A model generated the notes under the pieces. It was not told the DNA's origin and did not search any database. It saw nothing but the letters and a program-made list of their open reading frames with translations. 32,143 bases of DNA from a virus, in the IMG/VR virus record IMGVR_UViG_3300045988_128600. One strand, given 5' to 3'. The position numbers and the translations under genes are program-made. Positions 13,367 to 26,700 of this stretch are shown here, one piece after another (position 1 is the first letter of the stretch; each line of letters opens with the position of its first letter).

Positions 13367-15650
13367 TACCGACTTTCTTAAAAAGTTAGATGAATTTAAA
13401 CATAAAGTAGTTTATGCTCGTATTGAGCTACTAACATTTGATGAATTACCAATAGAAAGTATAGAGGGTAAGATAACTGGCGGATCAATTAATATTGATG
13501 GAACATCTGCGGTCCGCCGGTCTTGTTCTCTTACTATGGCCACGAATGAGAAATTATATAAACAATATTCTTGGGGTTTAAATTCTAAGTTTAGTTTGGC
13601 TATTGGATTAGAAAATAAAATTGATAATAAATATCCAGATATTATTTGGTTTAATCAAGGTATTTATTTAATTACATCTTTTAATACTTCTCAAAGTGCT
13701 AGTTCATATAATATCTCTATTCAAGGTAAAGATAAGATGTGTCTATTAAATGGAGATTTAGGAGGAGATTTACCTGCTTCTGTAGATTTTGGACAAGAAG
13801 AAGTAATTACTTATAGTTATAATAAACAAAATAGTATAACTAAAGATAATTATATAAAAGGAAAATATTGTTATATTGTTAATAGTGAAGAAGAAGCTAA
13901 AAAACATAATATTTATTATATTTCTACTTAGAATAAACAAACTACTTATTATGTTTTAGATGAAGAAGAGTTTAGTAATAAAGAGTATTATTTAAGGGAG
14001 AGTTATTTGAATTTAATTTCAATTCCTATTTAGACTATTATTAAAAAACTTCTTACAGTTTATGGCAAAGAAAAAGAAAGTAATATAATTATTAATGATT
14101 TAGATCAATATGGTTATGAGCTATTAGCTAATAAATGTGATGAAACTATGTATTTCTTTAAAGACGCGCAAACGAATAGAATAGTTAATGCTTCAATAGG
14201 GACAATACCTACTTTATTAGATATAAATAATAATAAAATAACTGATATGAGTAGTATTAAATTCGATAATTTAGATAGTAATAAATTATTAGATGACATT
14301 TCTGAACCGACTAAAGTAAGGCTGGTAAATAATGGAACTATTTACACTATTATAAGTCGAATAACTAATGAAACAGTTGGTTATCGTATTTGTGATTTAG
14401 TCTATGCAGGAGAACTTATTACTAGTGTTGGTGAAAATATAACCAGTGTATTAGATAAGATTAAAAATATGCTAAGTTGTTTTGAGTATTACTATGATAT
14501 AGATGGTAGATTTATTTTTTAGCGAAAGAAATTTTATGAATATTAGTCTTGGAATAATATAGTAAATAATTCTAATGGAGATAGTTATATTGAGCCTGCG
14601 GTTTATTCTTCTTCTTCAATTTATTCTTTTAGAGATGGATAGACGGTTATTTCTTTTAATAATACTCCATAGATTACTAATCTAAGAAATGATTTTTCTA
14701 TTTGGGGATAGAGAGAAAGCGCTAGTGGGACAGAAATCCCTATTCATTTAAGATATGCAATAGATCAAAAACCTATTCAATATACCACAATTATTGTGAA
14801 TGATAATGATATAAATAGGTATAAATCTACAATGTATAATAATGATATTTTTGATACTATGAATCTGCAATTAGAACAAAAGACTTATAAAAACAAATGG
14901 TATCAAAGCGAAAATGAACCGGGGGTTATTTATTGCGATTGGCGTGAAGTTTTATATCGTATGGCTGTAGATTATTATCAATATAATTATGCAGATGATT
15001 TTACTAGTAAAGTGGCAACCGCTAACCCTGATTTCTATCCTTCTGGAATAACTGGTTATGAAACTTATTATGTAGATTTATTTTCTTTTTGGAGAGATAT
15101 TTATGATTATGATAAGTTAGATTTTAAAGAAGAAGTAAAGAATAATCCTGAAAATTTAAATTTTTGGTTTGATTTTATTGGGGAAGAAAATGCGGATATT
15201 GCTAAATACTCAGTTCAATTAATCGGAGATAGAACAAAAGCAATTAATGATACTAATATAAAAGTTATATGTTATAGAGATACACCTGATGTATTATTTA
15301 TGACATAGACAGATTATGATTCTATTATTTAGAATAATTATCCAACAGAAAGTGGGTATATTTGGATTAATATTCCTTCTGGATATGATAATTATTTTAA
15401 AATTAGTTCTAAAGGTAAGAGCGCAGTTGATGAAATTGAAGATTTACTTTATACAACAGCTTATTGTACGGAAAGTGTTTCAATTTCTACTATTCCAGTT
15501 TATTATTTAGAGCCTAATAATAGAATTTACATTGAAGATAAAAGAAGTGGCGTTGAAGGAGAATATTTAGTTAATAAAATAACTATTCCATTAACTTATA
15601 ATGGTTCAATGTCTATTAGTGCCACCAAAGCAATATCAAGAGTATATTAA
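13344..15650 (+). CDS. Minor structural / tail-associated protein (768 aa), TAG read through
   Basis: ATG 13344 is preceded by the SD aaggcggtagagg. Frame 0 is continuous to TAA 15648-15650, with the track ORFs 13344, 14148 and 14796 all frame 0. The C-terminal part (YYLEPNNRIYIEDKRSGVEGEYLVNKITIPLTYNGS) resembles phage minor structural / tail endopeptidase-family C-termini. Confidence 0.75.
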
Positions 15651-15663
15651 GGAGGACCACTAA

Positions 15664-16008
15664 ATGGCAAGAAAGATAAGACAAATTCGTTATTATGGTG
15701 AAGGTCTTAATTCTAAGAACTATCCAAGTGATGTTAATATGAGTAAATTAATTACAGGAACCGCATTTAAAAATAATAATCAAAATGTGTTGATTACTCA
15801 GTTGGGTATTTAGACTTTACCAGGAACAAAATTTTATTTGAATGATAGTGCTAATGCTATTATTGTTGGAAATACTGGCATTTATGAACTAGATTTAGAA
15901 GGTATTTCTACTATTAATTTAATTAAATTTGATAGAAGTTCTATGAATTTGATTAATCAAAATAAAGAAGCATATCTTATTATAGATTATTTATTTGAGG
16001 AGGGTTGA
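15664..16008 (+). CDS. Small hypothetical structural-module protein (114 aa)
   Basis: ATG 15664 lies 7 nt after the SD AAGGAGG. It has one in-frame TAG near 15811 and a TGA stop at 16006-16008, followed directly by a TAA and the ATG of the next gene. Confidence 0.6.
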
Positions 16009-16010
16009 TA

Positions 16011-18284
16011 ATGGGTTTTTATGGTAATATAACTAATACTTCAAAAACAACCTTCGCTTTTGATAGAATTTATAATAATAGACTTCAAATGGATAATAAT
16101 TGTGCTAGCGATGGAGTGTTTTTAGGTCGCTATGTTTTAGTCGAGTATGGTCTTCCAGCTTCTTAGTATATAATAGGCTATCTTGACAATAATGGGAATA
16201 TGTATGATGATCCTACTGATAGAAGTGATTCTCATATTATTTTATGCGAAAAAGGAAAAATGGTAAAAATTAGTAAAAGTAGTTATTGGTATTTATATAC
16301 GGGAGATATCAAATCTGATGGGTCTCCGTATTGGAGATATCTTACTAGAATTACTAATGATAGAGTTGATGATGAATAGTATAATAAAAATTATCAAATA
16401 GATTATCCTGTTTATGGACGAGGATATGATTCTACTGTTTGGATAAAACAATATATTAATAATCAAGAAACTTATATTTAGATTGCTGAATTAAATACCG
16501 TTGTTCCAAATTTTTCAATTTATCCATTGCTTCCTCAAGACCCATATGTTGCGGTTGATAACGCTAGTATTGTATATCAACCAGGTAAGTATTATTATTA
16601 CGATGAAACTGATAGTCATTATAAATTAGATAATAATGATACTAAAACTGAGGGACGTATTTATTATTTAGAAAGTGAACTTGGACCGGCGATAACCACG
16701 GATCAAAGTAGCACAAATTTACTTTATAAATTAAGAGTTCCCACTAATTTCCAGCTTGATTTAGATGATAATAATATCTATTATAATAAAGAAGGATTTA
16801 GTAAGATAAAACGTTCTTATGATAGTATTACAGAAAATAGTATTAATTATAAATTAAGTCAGTCAGGATATAAATTTTATTATAATGTAGAATAGGATAA
16901 TGTTGTTGGTGAACCGATTGAAGATGGCTATGACCGCAAATCACTTGTAGTAAAGCTTCCTGCTCTTGGTAATGTGGTATGTGAAACTTATGATTTACTT
17001 TATGGCCAAAATCGTAATGATTCTGTTACTAATTTTGATAAAACTAATGTTAAGGGAGCTTTAAATACTCTTAATAAAAAAATGAATTTAGAAAAATTAG
17101 AGACTAATAAACTTATTTACTTTTCTACTGAAACTGACAATGATATTAATGACAATTATATAAAATCTGCAACTATTTAGGGAGATAATCTAATTTCAAT
17201 AAATGCAGATATTGAAAAAAATGGTGGAGCTATTAAAATTACCCATAATAATTTAGATGTAAATAAAGCATCAAAAAGCTATGGTAAAGATGTTGATTTT
17301 AACACTTTTGGTTCTTCCATTACTTTACCTAAATTATTTACTGATAGAGCTGGGCATGTTGTAAAAGAAGAAACATTCTCAGTTAGTATCCCAAAAGGCT
17401 CTTATGAAAATACTAAAGAGGGTAATGTTCTTACTTCTTTAAGTTTTATTGATACTACTGGAGCTTTAAGTAGTGAGAAATCTTATTTAGGGACTTTAAC
17501 ATTAGGAACTGGATATACTACTAATGATAAATTAAATACTATCACTAAAGATACAACTCTTAATGATAGTATTAGTAAGTTGATTGACAATAGCGATAGT
17601 AAATATAATACTTTATTAGGTCAAACTAATAATAGTTTTGGCAAAGACACTGTTCCAACTCTTTATGGCTTAAGACAAGGGATTAATAGTGATAGAGATA
17701 GTATTAGTAATTTAAGTGATAAAATTGATATTTTAAATGGAACTGTATCTACTACTAATTCTGTTGCTTATAGTATTAAATAGGCTATTGATAAATTAGA
17801 TAAAATTGATAATAAAGTAGACAAACAATTTGTTACAGCGGTAGAAGAAAAAGATGGTTTAATAACTGTTTCAAGAAGCGCCTTACAAGAAAGTGATTTA
17901 CCTATTACTTTTGATGGAACTTATAGTAATAGTAATAAAGTTGCTACTATGAGTAGTTTAAATACTTTAAAAGCAAATCTTTTAGGTGATTATACTGGTA
18001 CATTAGCTGATGTAAATACATTAGCAAATAGTAAATTAAATGAAAGCGCGGTGCGCAGTCTTACATATAATGCGACTTCTGGAAATAATGGAGCTAAAAC
18101 AATAGCAGAAATGTTTGATTTAATTGTAGAATTATAGAATAAAAATACATAGTTAAATACAATTATCAAAGCCTTATAGAATAAAGATATTGAATTAAAT
18201 AATTTAATTGTTGGATTAAGAACTGATGTTGATGCTTTAAAAAATAGCTCAAATAATACTGATACTCCATCTGAAACAACTTAA
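16011..18284 (+). CDS. Tail fibre-like protein (757 aa) with a C-terminal coiled-coil, TAG read through
   Basis: ATG 16011 is translationally coupled to the upstream gene. Frame 0 is continuous to TAA 18282-18284, with the track ORFs 16527, 16974, 17580 and 17949 all frame 0. It has Ser/Thr/Asn-rich beta segments and a heptad-like C-terminus (LNTLKANLLGD...ALQNKDIELNNLIVGLRTDVDALK). A terminator follows. Confidence 0.7.
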
Positions 18285-18291
18285 TTTAAAT

Positions 18292-18325
18292 AAAAGGTTT
18301 GGTCTTAATAGGCCAAACCCTTTTA
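18292..18325 (+). terminator. Rho-independent terminator
   Basis: GGTTTGG (18296-18302) pairs with CCAAACC (18313-18319), with a further possible C:G pair inside, then TTTT. Confidence 0.65.
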
Positions 18326-18372
18326 GTATTGATTAAAAAGATTTTATAAATAATAGAAAGGAGTCGATTATC

Positions 18373-18954
18373 TTGCCTAATACATTAAATAAATATGTAA
18401 AATTTGTCAGAGGTTCTAAAACCGCTTTTGAAAATTTAGGGACGAAAAGAGACAATGATACTTTATATTTTATTTATGGAGAAAATGATTCTTCTGGAGA
18501 ACTTTATTTAGGTAGTCGTCTAATTTGCGGTGGAATTAGTTCCGCAGGTAAGTTAAGCGATTTAAGTGATATTGTTCTTAATGAAGTTAAGACAAATCAA
18601 GTTTTAATTTATAATGAAGAACAAAAGAAATGGGTTAATTAGGGTTTAGAAAATAATGAGACTTTAATTAATTCTATTGTTGAAAAATTATCTACAGAAG
18701 AAAATTTAGCTAAATTAGCTCCTGTTTTTAAGGGCACAGTCCCAGGTTTAGTTCCAGTTTCTTTACATGAAATTAAAGGAGAACATATTCTTACTGATGC
18801 AGGTACATGGATTAATATGCCAGTAGGAACATTAACTTAGGGAGATATTGAAACAATTAATATAGCTAATAAATATTTAGTAGATAAAGGTCCTGATAAT
18901 TTGGTAACTCGTGTTGAAGCAGTTGAACAAACTGTTTCTTGGACTGATATTTAA
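18373..18954 (+). CDS. Small fibre-associated protein (193 aa) with the shared N-terminal anchor motif
   Basis: TTG 18373 lies 9 nt after the SD AAAGGAG. It has one in-frame TAG at 18640-18642 and a TAA at 18952-18954. The N-terminus VKFVRGSKTAFENL...LYFIYGENDSSGELYLGSRLI resembles the common phage tail-fibre / Mtd-N-type N-terminal domain. Confidence 0.65.
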
Positions 18955-18968
18955 AGGAGTGAAAAAAA

Positions 18969-20630
18969 TTGAACGTTAAGTTTTTAAAAGGCTCTCAAGC
19001 CGAATTTGAAAATGTGGCAGGTAGATATAAACCTGGTGCGTTTTATTTAGTAATTAATGACGATAAGTCCGCCGAAGATTATAAAAAGCCAAGCCGTCTT
19101 TATTATGGCGTAGATGAAAATAATTGTGTTCCTGTAAATCAAGGTATTAATGTAGTTGATACTACCGCAGGTTTACCCCAAGGTTTTACTCAAAACACTG
19201 CTGGTGAATTTTATTATGTAAAAGATAAAAATATTTTATGTATTAATAATGGTAAAGGTTGGATTCAAACTAACACCGATACTGTTTTAAATACTAATAA
19301 AAAAGATAGCAATGTATCAGTAAACAGCAATCCTGAAAAACCTAATGGAGTTTCTATAACTAATACTATTGCTGATAGTAGTGGTAATATTATTACTGAG
19401 ACTTATGATATTATAGGTAGCGATTATATCCAAATTGAAGCAATTCCTGCTGTTGATGATAAAGGCGTAGATACTGTTAAACTGAGTTTAAAAGGAATCA
19501 ATTATCAATTAAGCTCTTCTTTAAATGAAAAAACTTTAAATGTTAATTTAAAGAATAGTGATACTGATGCAGGTAATTTTAATATTATTGCTGGTAGTAA
19601 TGTTAATATTGCTGAAACTTCTACAGGAAACTATACTTTAAGTGTAAATAAAGCTGTTGATAGTATTGATGTAATTAATCGTGTTGGTGGTACTGGTTTT
19701 ATTGCTTCTATTAGTGGTCCTGGCGTTGAAGGAGCTGGTAATGGTACGACTTTATCTGCTGATATTGATCCAGAAATTGCTTTAGAAGGCAAGACTGGTG
19801 GCTACAAATTTAAAGATGGCGTTTTAACTCTTCCTGTTTATAGCAAGCAAGATATTGATAATCAACTTAGAAGTATTAATGCTATGGTATTTCGTGGCGG
19901 ATTCCAAGTTAAAGATGGAGCTATTGCCTATGACAATTCTGATATTACTGAAATTACTGAAGGTAATACTTTTATTTATACTGGAGCCGAAGACACACTT
20001 TGGAATGGTCATTATTTACGTCCTGGTGATTTAATTATTGCTTCTAGTGAAGAGGTTAATGGTGCTATTACTGGTACTATTAATTGGACCTATGTTCCTT
20101 CTGCCGATGATCCTGTTACTGAAATTGAAGGAGCCAATGATAATAGTACTGCTGGTTTTATCATTAAACTTGGTTCTACCAAAAAACTTTTAGATTATGC
20201 TCTTAACGGTGAAAGTGGCATTGTTTTAGAAACAAAAGTTTTAACAGATTCAAAAGGTCAACCTACTAATTCTAAAGTTGTTACTATTAAACATAGTAAT
20301 ACTTTAACTGTAAATACTCCAGTTTCTCAATCCTATGCTGATGAACAAACTATTACTATTAATGAGCCAACTGAAATTGATGCTCAAGGGCATGTAATTA
20401 AATCTACTCAAAAAACTTTTACTGTAAAAAATACTCATCAAGAAATTGCTAATGCAGATTATACAGTAAATGGTACTGATACTTTAATTCCTAACCTTAA
20501 AGTTGCTGGCGCTGATCTTGAAGGCAAACCGCTTGTTTTCACTAGCAATAGCCTAAAAGTTAATGTTTCTGCGGCGACTGTGACTGATGATGCTAAAGTC
20601 AATTTTGAGTTAGAGTGGGGAACATTCTAA
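18969..20630 (+). CDS. Putative receptor-binding / tail fibre protein (553 aa), entirely free of TAG codons
   Basis: TTG 18969 follows the SD aaaggagtg. It is an uninterrupted standard-code ORF ending at TAA 20628-20630. The N-terminus VKFLKGSQAEFENV...FYLVINDD...RLYYGVDENN carries the same anchor motif as the genes at 18373, 20749 and 31183. It is Gly/Thr/Asn-rich and beta-rich, and a terminator follows. Confidence 0.8.
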   Translation: MNVKFLKGSQAEFENVAGRYKPGAFYLVINDDKSAEDYKKPSRLYYGVDENNCVPVNQGINVVDTTAGLPQGFTQNTAGEFYYVKDKNILCINNGKGWIQTNTDTVLNTNKKDSNVSVNSNPEKPNGVSITNTIADSSGNIITETYDIIGSDYIQIEAIPAVDDKGVDTVKLSLKGINYQLSSSLNEKTLNVNLKNSDTDAGNFNIIAGSNVNIAETSTGNYTLSVNKAVDSIDVINRVGGTGFIASISGPGVEGAGNGTTLSADIDPEIALEGKTGGYKFKDGVLTLPVYSKQDIDNQLRSINAMVFRGGFQVKDGAIAYDNSDITEITEGNTFIYTGAEDTLWNGHYLRPGDLIIASSEEVNGAITGTINWTYVPSADDPVTEIEGANDNSTAGFIIKLGSTKKLLDYALNGESGIVLETKVLTDSKGQPTNSKVVTIKHSNTLTVNTPVSQSYADEQTITINEPTEIDAQGHVIKSTQKTFTVKNTHQEIANADYTVNGTDTLIPNLKVAGADLEGKPLVFTSNSLKVNVSAATVTDDAKVNFELEWGTF

Positions 20631-20691
20631 GGGCAATACTATTTAATAATAAATATAATTTTTTCTATTTTATATAGAAGAATGTTTTTAT

Positions 20692-20728
20692 GGGGAAAGA
20701 TGAAATATTCTTTCCCCATATTTTTTTT
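20692..20728 (+). terminator. Rho-independent terminator
   Basis: GGGGAAAGA (20692-20700) pairs with TCTTTCCCC (20709-20717) around the loop tgaaatat, followed by an 8-T run. Confidence 0.7.
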
Positions 20729-20748
20729 AGGATAGAAAGGAGTAAATT

Positions 20749-23700
20749 ATGTCTAAGATACGTTTTCGTCCTGTATAGGGTCCAGAAAAAAAAATAAAAG
20801 AATATCCTCAAAGCGATGGATATTTTTATGTGGCAACAGATACAGGCCGAGTTTATTTAGATACGGCAACTGAAAATAAAATGCCAATAGGGTCTAGTGG
20901 TGTTCAGGTAATTTACGGTACAGATAATACTGTAGAAATTGAATATGATGCGGATGAAAACCCAGTGGCTTATTTAATTCTTTTATCAAAATTATCTATA
21001 ACAAATTGTCATATAGATGATTTAATTTTAAATTTAGACGGATGTTTTTATCGAATTTTAGGATTTGCTTTAAATGAAAACCGCGAAGAATGCGCGAGAT
21101 GTGAAAAATTAACTGTCGCCGGGGCAGGCGGTGGCGGAGAAGGAGACTCTGAACAAAAAGTTTTAGGAACTGTTTCTTTAACAAGAATTCCACCCGATAG
21201 TCCTGTTGATGTTTTGAATGAAGAAAATGTTAAAGTAAAGGTATTGGTTAAATGTAGAACTGTTGGAGGAGTTCCACAATCTTCGTCTGTGCAAGGAATT
21301 ATAACTATAAGTGAAATTAAAAGTGCTACAGAAAAAGAAATTTATTATACTTCTCCTCCTACTACTTATGAGCACAATATTCCGCAAGAAATTGATTTAA
21401 CTAATATTTTAAGAAATTCATGTTCTAGTGAAATTAATTTTAGTATTTATTATAATCCTGATAAAGAAAATAATAGATTTTAGAAAAGCTCTGATACTAT
21501 TAATATTAATAAACATCATCTTTCTTTTAGTTGGAAAGAAAGTAGTTTTAGTAATGATAGTCCAGTTGACAATGGACAAATATCTGTTAGTTGGTTAATG
21601 TCTGAAGATATCGCCAGATCTGTTGAAGTTTATTTTGATGATTATTTAGTTTTAGATAGAACTTATAGTGATACTGATTCTTCTTCTGAAGATTCTTTTG
21701 TTATTACTCCTGATACAAATATATTAGGGACTGATAAAGTTTCTACTTTAAAAAATTATTTTACTCATGGTGAGCATATAATAAAAGCAAAGTTATATTT
21801 AATGAATAATTCTAAAAAAGGTGCAGGAACAGATTTTATTCAGAAAGAAATCGTTATTCAAGAACCAGGTAATAAAATGCCTTTAATTTGGGTACAAGAT
21901 TTTAAAACAGAATATTATACTTATGAGACAATAAGAATTCCTTTTAAAGTATTAGATCCAAATAATAATGGAGCTTTTATAACTCTTTATAAAAATGGTG
22001 TTCAAGTAGGAACTAGAGAATTAGATAGTTCGCAAGTTAGAGAATGGCAATATTGGGAAATTACTAATTTAACTGTAGATGATAGTTCTTATTATACTAT
22101 TAAAGTTGGTACTGATCCTTATTCTTATTCTCGTAATTTTAATTTTACAATTTTAATTGACCCTTTAAGAGATATGAAGTTAGTAAAAAAAGATAATTTA
22201 AAGGTTAATTTTATAGCTACTGGTCGTTCTAATTCAGAAGGAAAATTAGGTCGTGAAACTTATTTAATTAATAATAATAAATATGTAGAATTTAAAAATT
22301 TTAATTGGTATAATAATGGTTGGGTTTTTGATGAAAATAATACGACTTGTTTACGAGTAAGCAATGGTGCTGAAGTATCTATCCCAGTCGGAAAAATGGC
22401 TTTTAAAGATGAATCATCATCTGCTACTATTGAGATTCAATTTAAAATAAAGAATCCTCAAAATTATGCTAAAGTTATAACTAAATATACTAGATATAAA
22501 GTAAGTAAAGATAATTGGGAAGATAATGATGCTTGGGATAAATTTAAAGCCCAAAATAAATATCTTAATTATGATGAGTTTTTAACTAAAGAATATTTAC
22601 CAACAACTAATTATACTTATGATGATTTAGAATATAATAAAATAGAACAAGATTTTAATTTAAAGAATTTAGTTTGCGCATATGGTAAATTAGGGAATTC
22701 TGTCTCTCCTGGTATTTATTTTAGTCCATAGGATGCTGTATTTACAGCTAACGGGGCTCAAGAAACAGTTTCAGTTGATTTTATTGAAAATGAAATGCTA
22801 AATCTTTCATTTGTTTATACTAAAAAGAAAAGTGATATAGAAGGCGGAAATTCTAAATTATTAGAAATTTTTATGAATGGCGTTTTAACTAGTGTTGTAC
22901 GTTGTAGTAGTGATGTTTGGAATATTGATTCTGATTTCATTAAATTTATGTCTAATACTTGTGATATTGATATTTATAGTATTAGAGTTTATGATACAGA
23001 TTTAACTATTCCTGAAATAGTCCAAAATTACGCTTTTGATAAGAGAAGTATAAAACAGTGGGACCAAAAAGATCTTTATGAAAACAATACGGTATTAAAA
23101 GATGATGTATTTTCTTATACTAAAATGAAAAAGTATAATGATAATCATCCAACTGAACCTTTAATGCCCTATATTATTTTAAGGACTACTAAAAATAATA
23201 AAAATAATACGGATAATAGATTACCTTATTCTAAAGCAAAAGGAAGCTAGGAAGGAACTTTAGAATTTGTTAACACTGCTTTAGACGCTGCTTACAATAG
23301 TGGTGAATTAGAAAAAGTTGCTATAAAAGAAGGATGGAAACCTGTAATCGAAAAAAATGAAGAAACATAGGAAGAAGTAGTAAAATATACTGTGGTATAG
23401 AATTATTATATGCATCATTGTCCTAGTTTTATAACTGTTCTTAATGGATGTACTTTCCAAGTTCAAGGTACTTCTTCACAATTTTATCCTCGTCGTAATT
23501 ATAAAGCTAAATGCAAAGAATCAATGCTTTTAAATAGAGGCCCATTTGCTGAAGACTATAAAAAAGCAGGAGACTAGTATAATGAAGATATAACTAAACA
23601 TCCTTGCTATTTAGAGTGGTTTTATATGGATAATAAAACAGTTGGTACTACTAAATTTACTTTAAAAATAGATTTTATGGAATCTTCTGGAGATTATAAT

Positions 23701-26700
23701 AGAGGATTTGCTAATTTAGTTAACGAGATTTATTCTAAACATCCAGTAGAAGACTATAAGGATTCTTTTGATAATTATAATTTATATGGAAATTTAGAAG
23801 ATTATCGCACTTCGGTAAAAGGATTCCCCGTTTTAGCTTTCCATTATATGTCCAACGATGATAATACTTACTCTAAGGAAAATAGTAATAACTGTATTTT
23901 TATTGGCAAATATAATATGTTATTAGATAAAGGCTCAGATGAATGTTTTGGATTTAAACCAAATAAAAAGATTTTACAAAATCAAATTACGGGCAATCCT
24001 AAAGTAAGAGATATGGCAGAATGTTGGGAATTTTAGAACAATTCAAGAACTTTTTGCTCTTTCCGCGACCCTTGGAATCGTTATAAATTATCATTTAGAA
24101 ATCCTAATATGGTAATCCCTCCAGATGGAGATAATCCTGAATTAGTTAAAGGCGCTCCAAAAGTCGTTGATTCTTTTGAACCAAGATATAATCCAAATGA
24201 TGATTTAATTGCTGATAATTTATTTAGTTTAAAAGAGTGGCTTGATCCAGATGGGACATAGACTAAGATTGTTGGGGAAGAATTAAAAAATGTAGCCCCA
24301 GATAGACTTACTAAAAAAGAAATAGTTGATGAAATTACTGGTATAAAATCTATTAAATGGATTATAAAGAACCCAGACGGAGAAGAAATAGAATTTAATG
24401 TTGCTAATGATACAAGTAAACAAGAATTACTTTTAGCTTTAATGTCTAACTGGGAAGACGCAGTTAGTTGGGTATGGAGTACTTGTTTAGATTGCGATAT
24501 TGAATTTGATGATGGATAGAAATTAAAAATTCCATCTATGGGCATTTATACTAAAGTTGATGGATTAGCTGAAGCTATATATATTCCTAATGTCTATTAT
24601 GTTGAAGATGGAGTTAATGAAAATGGAAAAATTATTTATAAATTAGCTTCTGAAGAATATAACTCTGAAACAAGATATTATAAGTAGATTAATGAAAATA
24701 ATAGTTTAAAGTATGTAAGCATAAAACTTACAAATAATTCAGATAAAGTATATAAAGCAAATATTTATTATCTTTTAACTGATAGTAAAAATGAAATTTA
24801 TGTATTAAGTTCTGATAAATTTAATTCTTCTTTAGACTATTATTCTTTTAATAAAAATGAAGAAGGTATTGAGGAAAGATGGAAATTACCTAATCCAGTA
24901 ACCTATGGCTCTATTACTTATACTAAAGATAGTAAAGAATACCGTCAAGCTAAATTTAAAAATGAATTAAGTAATTTCTTTGATATTGAATATTTAGCTT
25001 CTTACCTTTTAATGACAGAAATTTTTGAATGTTATGATTCTCGTGGAAAAAATGCAATGTTTGCTTCTTGGGGACCTCAAAAAGGCAATATTCAAAAATC
25101 TACTGGTAAACAACATTATGTTTGGTATCCTATCTTTTATGATATTGATACTCAATTAGGTATTAATAATACTGGTATCCCATCCTTTGAATACTATATT
25201 GATGCTACTGAAGAAGGAAGTTTTTCAACTAATGATAGTGTTCTTTGGAATAATTTTTACACTTTCTTTAGAAGCAAGATGGTGGATAAATATAAGCAAT
25301 TAATGGGAACTCAAAATAATTCTTATAGTCCAAATGATTCAAGAGTAAATAAAATTTTTACTAAAGGAGCAGGAAGCGGAGCTAAAAAGAGTGATATCGT
25401 AGATAAATGGTATCGTACTGATCCATCGGTATTTCTTGATAGTTATGCAGTTTTGGGAGACCGACCAATTATTGCTTTAAGTTTAGACGAAGAATTTAAG
25501 TATATTATTCCAACAAACTCTAAAGCTGAAAATATGCCAGTGTTTGGTCGTTTAACTGATGGAGGTTCATATGAGGTTGAAGATGATAAATATTTTTATG
25601 CTTTGCAAGGAGATAGAAATCTTTATCGCGCGCAATTTTTAGCTAATCGTCTTAATTACATTGACTCTTGGTTGACTGTTGGCACTTATGCCAGAAATGG
25701 CGGAGGAAGCTATATTAGAAGTCGTATTTCTGCGAACAATCCTAAGAATACATCAGATAAATGGATTGAAGGTACTAACACTCAAAATATGGAAGGATTA
25801 ATTACAAATTCTCAGTATTGGAAAAATGGTGCTGAATTCGAAGAAAAAAATCATATGTTTGATGGTGAGTATTGGATTAACATGGAACCCGCGCGTAATG
25901 CCTATGTTACTATTGGTACAGATGGAGAGAATTTTCCTTCAAAAAAATATAATGGTTTAGAACCGGTTAAATATGTAGCTCCTGATATTAAAAAAGGAAT
26001 TATGAGTAGCGGTAATTATAAAGAACAATTATATTACATTTATGGAATGGATCAAATGAAATCTCTTGGTGATTTAAGCAAATTATATTTCCAAGAGTTT
26101 GCAGCTGAAGGAAAAATGGAGCGTTTAACTGATTTATTATTAGGATATGATGGAAAAGATGAAAGCGGTAATGAATATTTTAATAATGATGTAAATGACT
26201 GGTCTTTTTCAAAAGGCGGAATGCCTTTACTTAAAGAAATGAATCTTTGTAATATTAACTTTAAAAAAGACTAGGGGGCATTAGATTTAACTAAAAGTGA
26301 AAAACTTGAAAACTTTAGAAATACTAAATCTAATATCCCGAGAGTTAATTTTGCTCCTGGAGTAGCTTTAAATACTTTATATTTAACCAATCGAACAAAT
26401 TATTTAAGTTTAATAGAAGCTAATTTATTAACGAAATTAATAACTAACTATATATATCCTGAAAAAAATCCAATTACTGGAAAACTTGAGGTCTCAGATG
26501 AAAATCGTGGTTTATATATTCAAGATCTTACTGATGCTGAAGAAGGAAAAGAAAAAACCGAGATAAGAACTTTTGATATTCGAGGCGGTAATTTAGGTTA
26601 TAATAGTTATGAATTGTTACGCAAATATATTTCAGCTAGTAAAAATAGTAAATTAGATTTATCTAATTGTATTATTAATTTAAATAATGTTTAGTGGAGT

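Noticed and set aside
15316-15510. A + strand frame-1 ORF encoding a very hydrophobic 64-aa peptide (MILLFRIIIQQKVGIFGLIFLL...)
   Set aside because: It overlaps the continuous frame-0 gene 13344-15650, has no SD, and shows the I/L/F/K composition that alternative frames of AT-rich DNA give. The same applies to 28268-28450 (frame 2 inside the giant gene).
20640-20690. TATAAT-like hexamers in the spacer before the giant gene (e.g. aaaTATAATttt about 20653) and a TTGATT ... TATAAA pair before 18373
   Set aside because: Spacer lengths to any -35 candidate are wrong (10-13 nt), and the 20653 hexamer lies upstream of the terminator rather than downstream of it. AT-rich DNA yields such hexamers by chance, so no promoter is called.
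24081-24545. A 154-aa ORF on the minus strand (the largest antisense ORF), plus the other 60-69-aa minus-strand ORFs at 259, 11464, 14114, 19824, 20996, 21178 and 29211
   Set aside because: All lie antisense inside verified + strand coding frames. Their products are low-complexity (Ser/Leu/Ile/Phe-rich) and there is no SD or start context. They are typical shadow ORFs of an A-rich coding strand.
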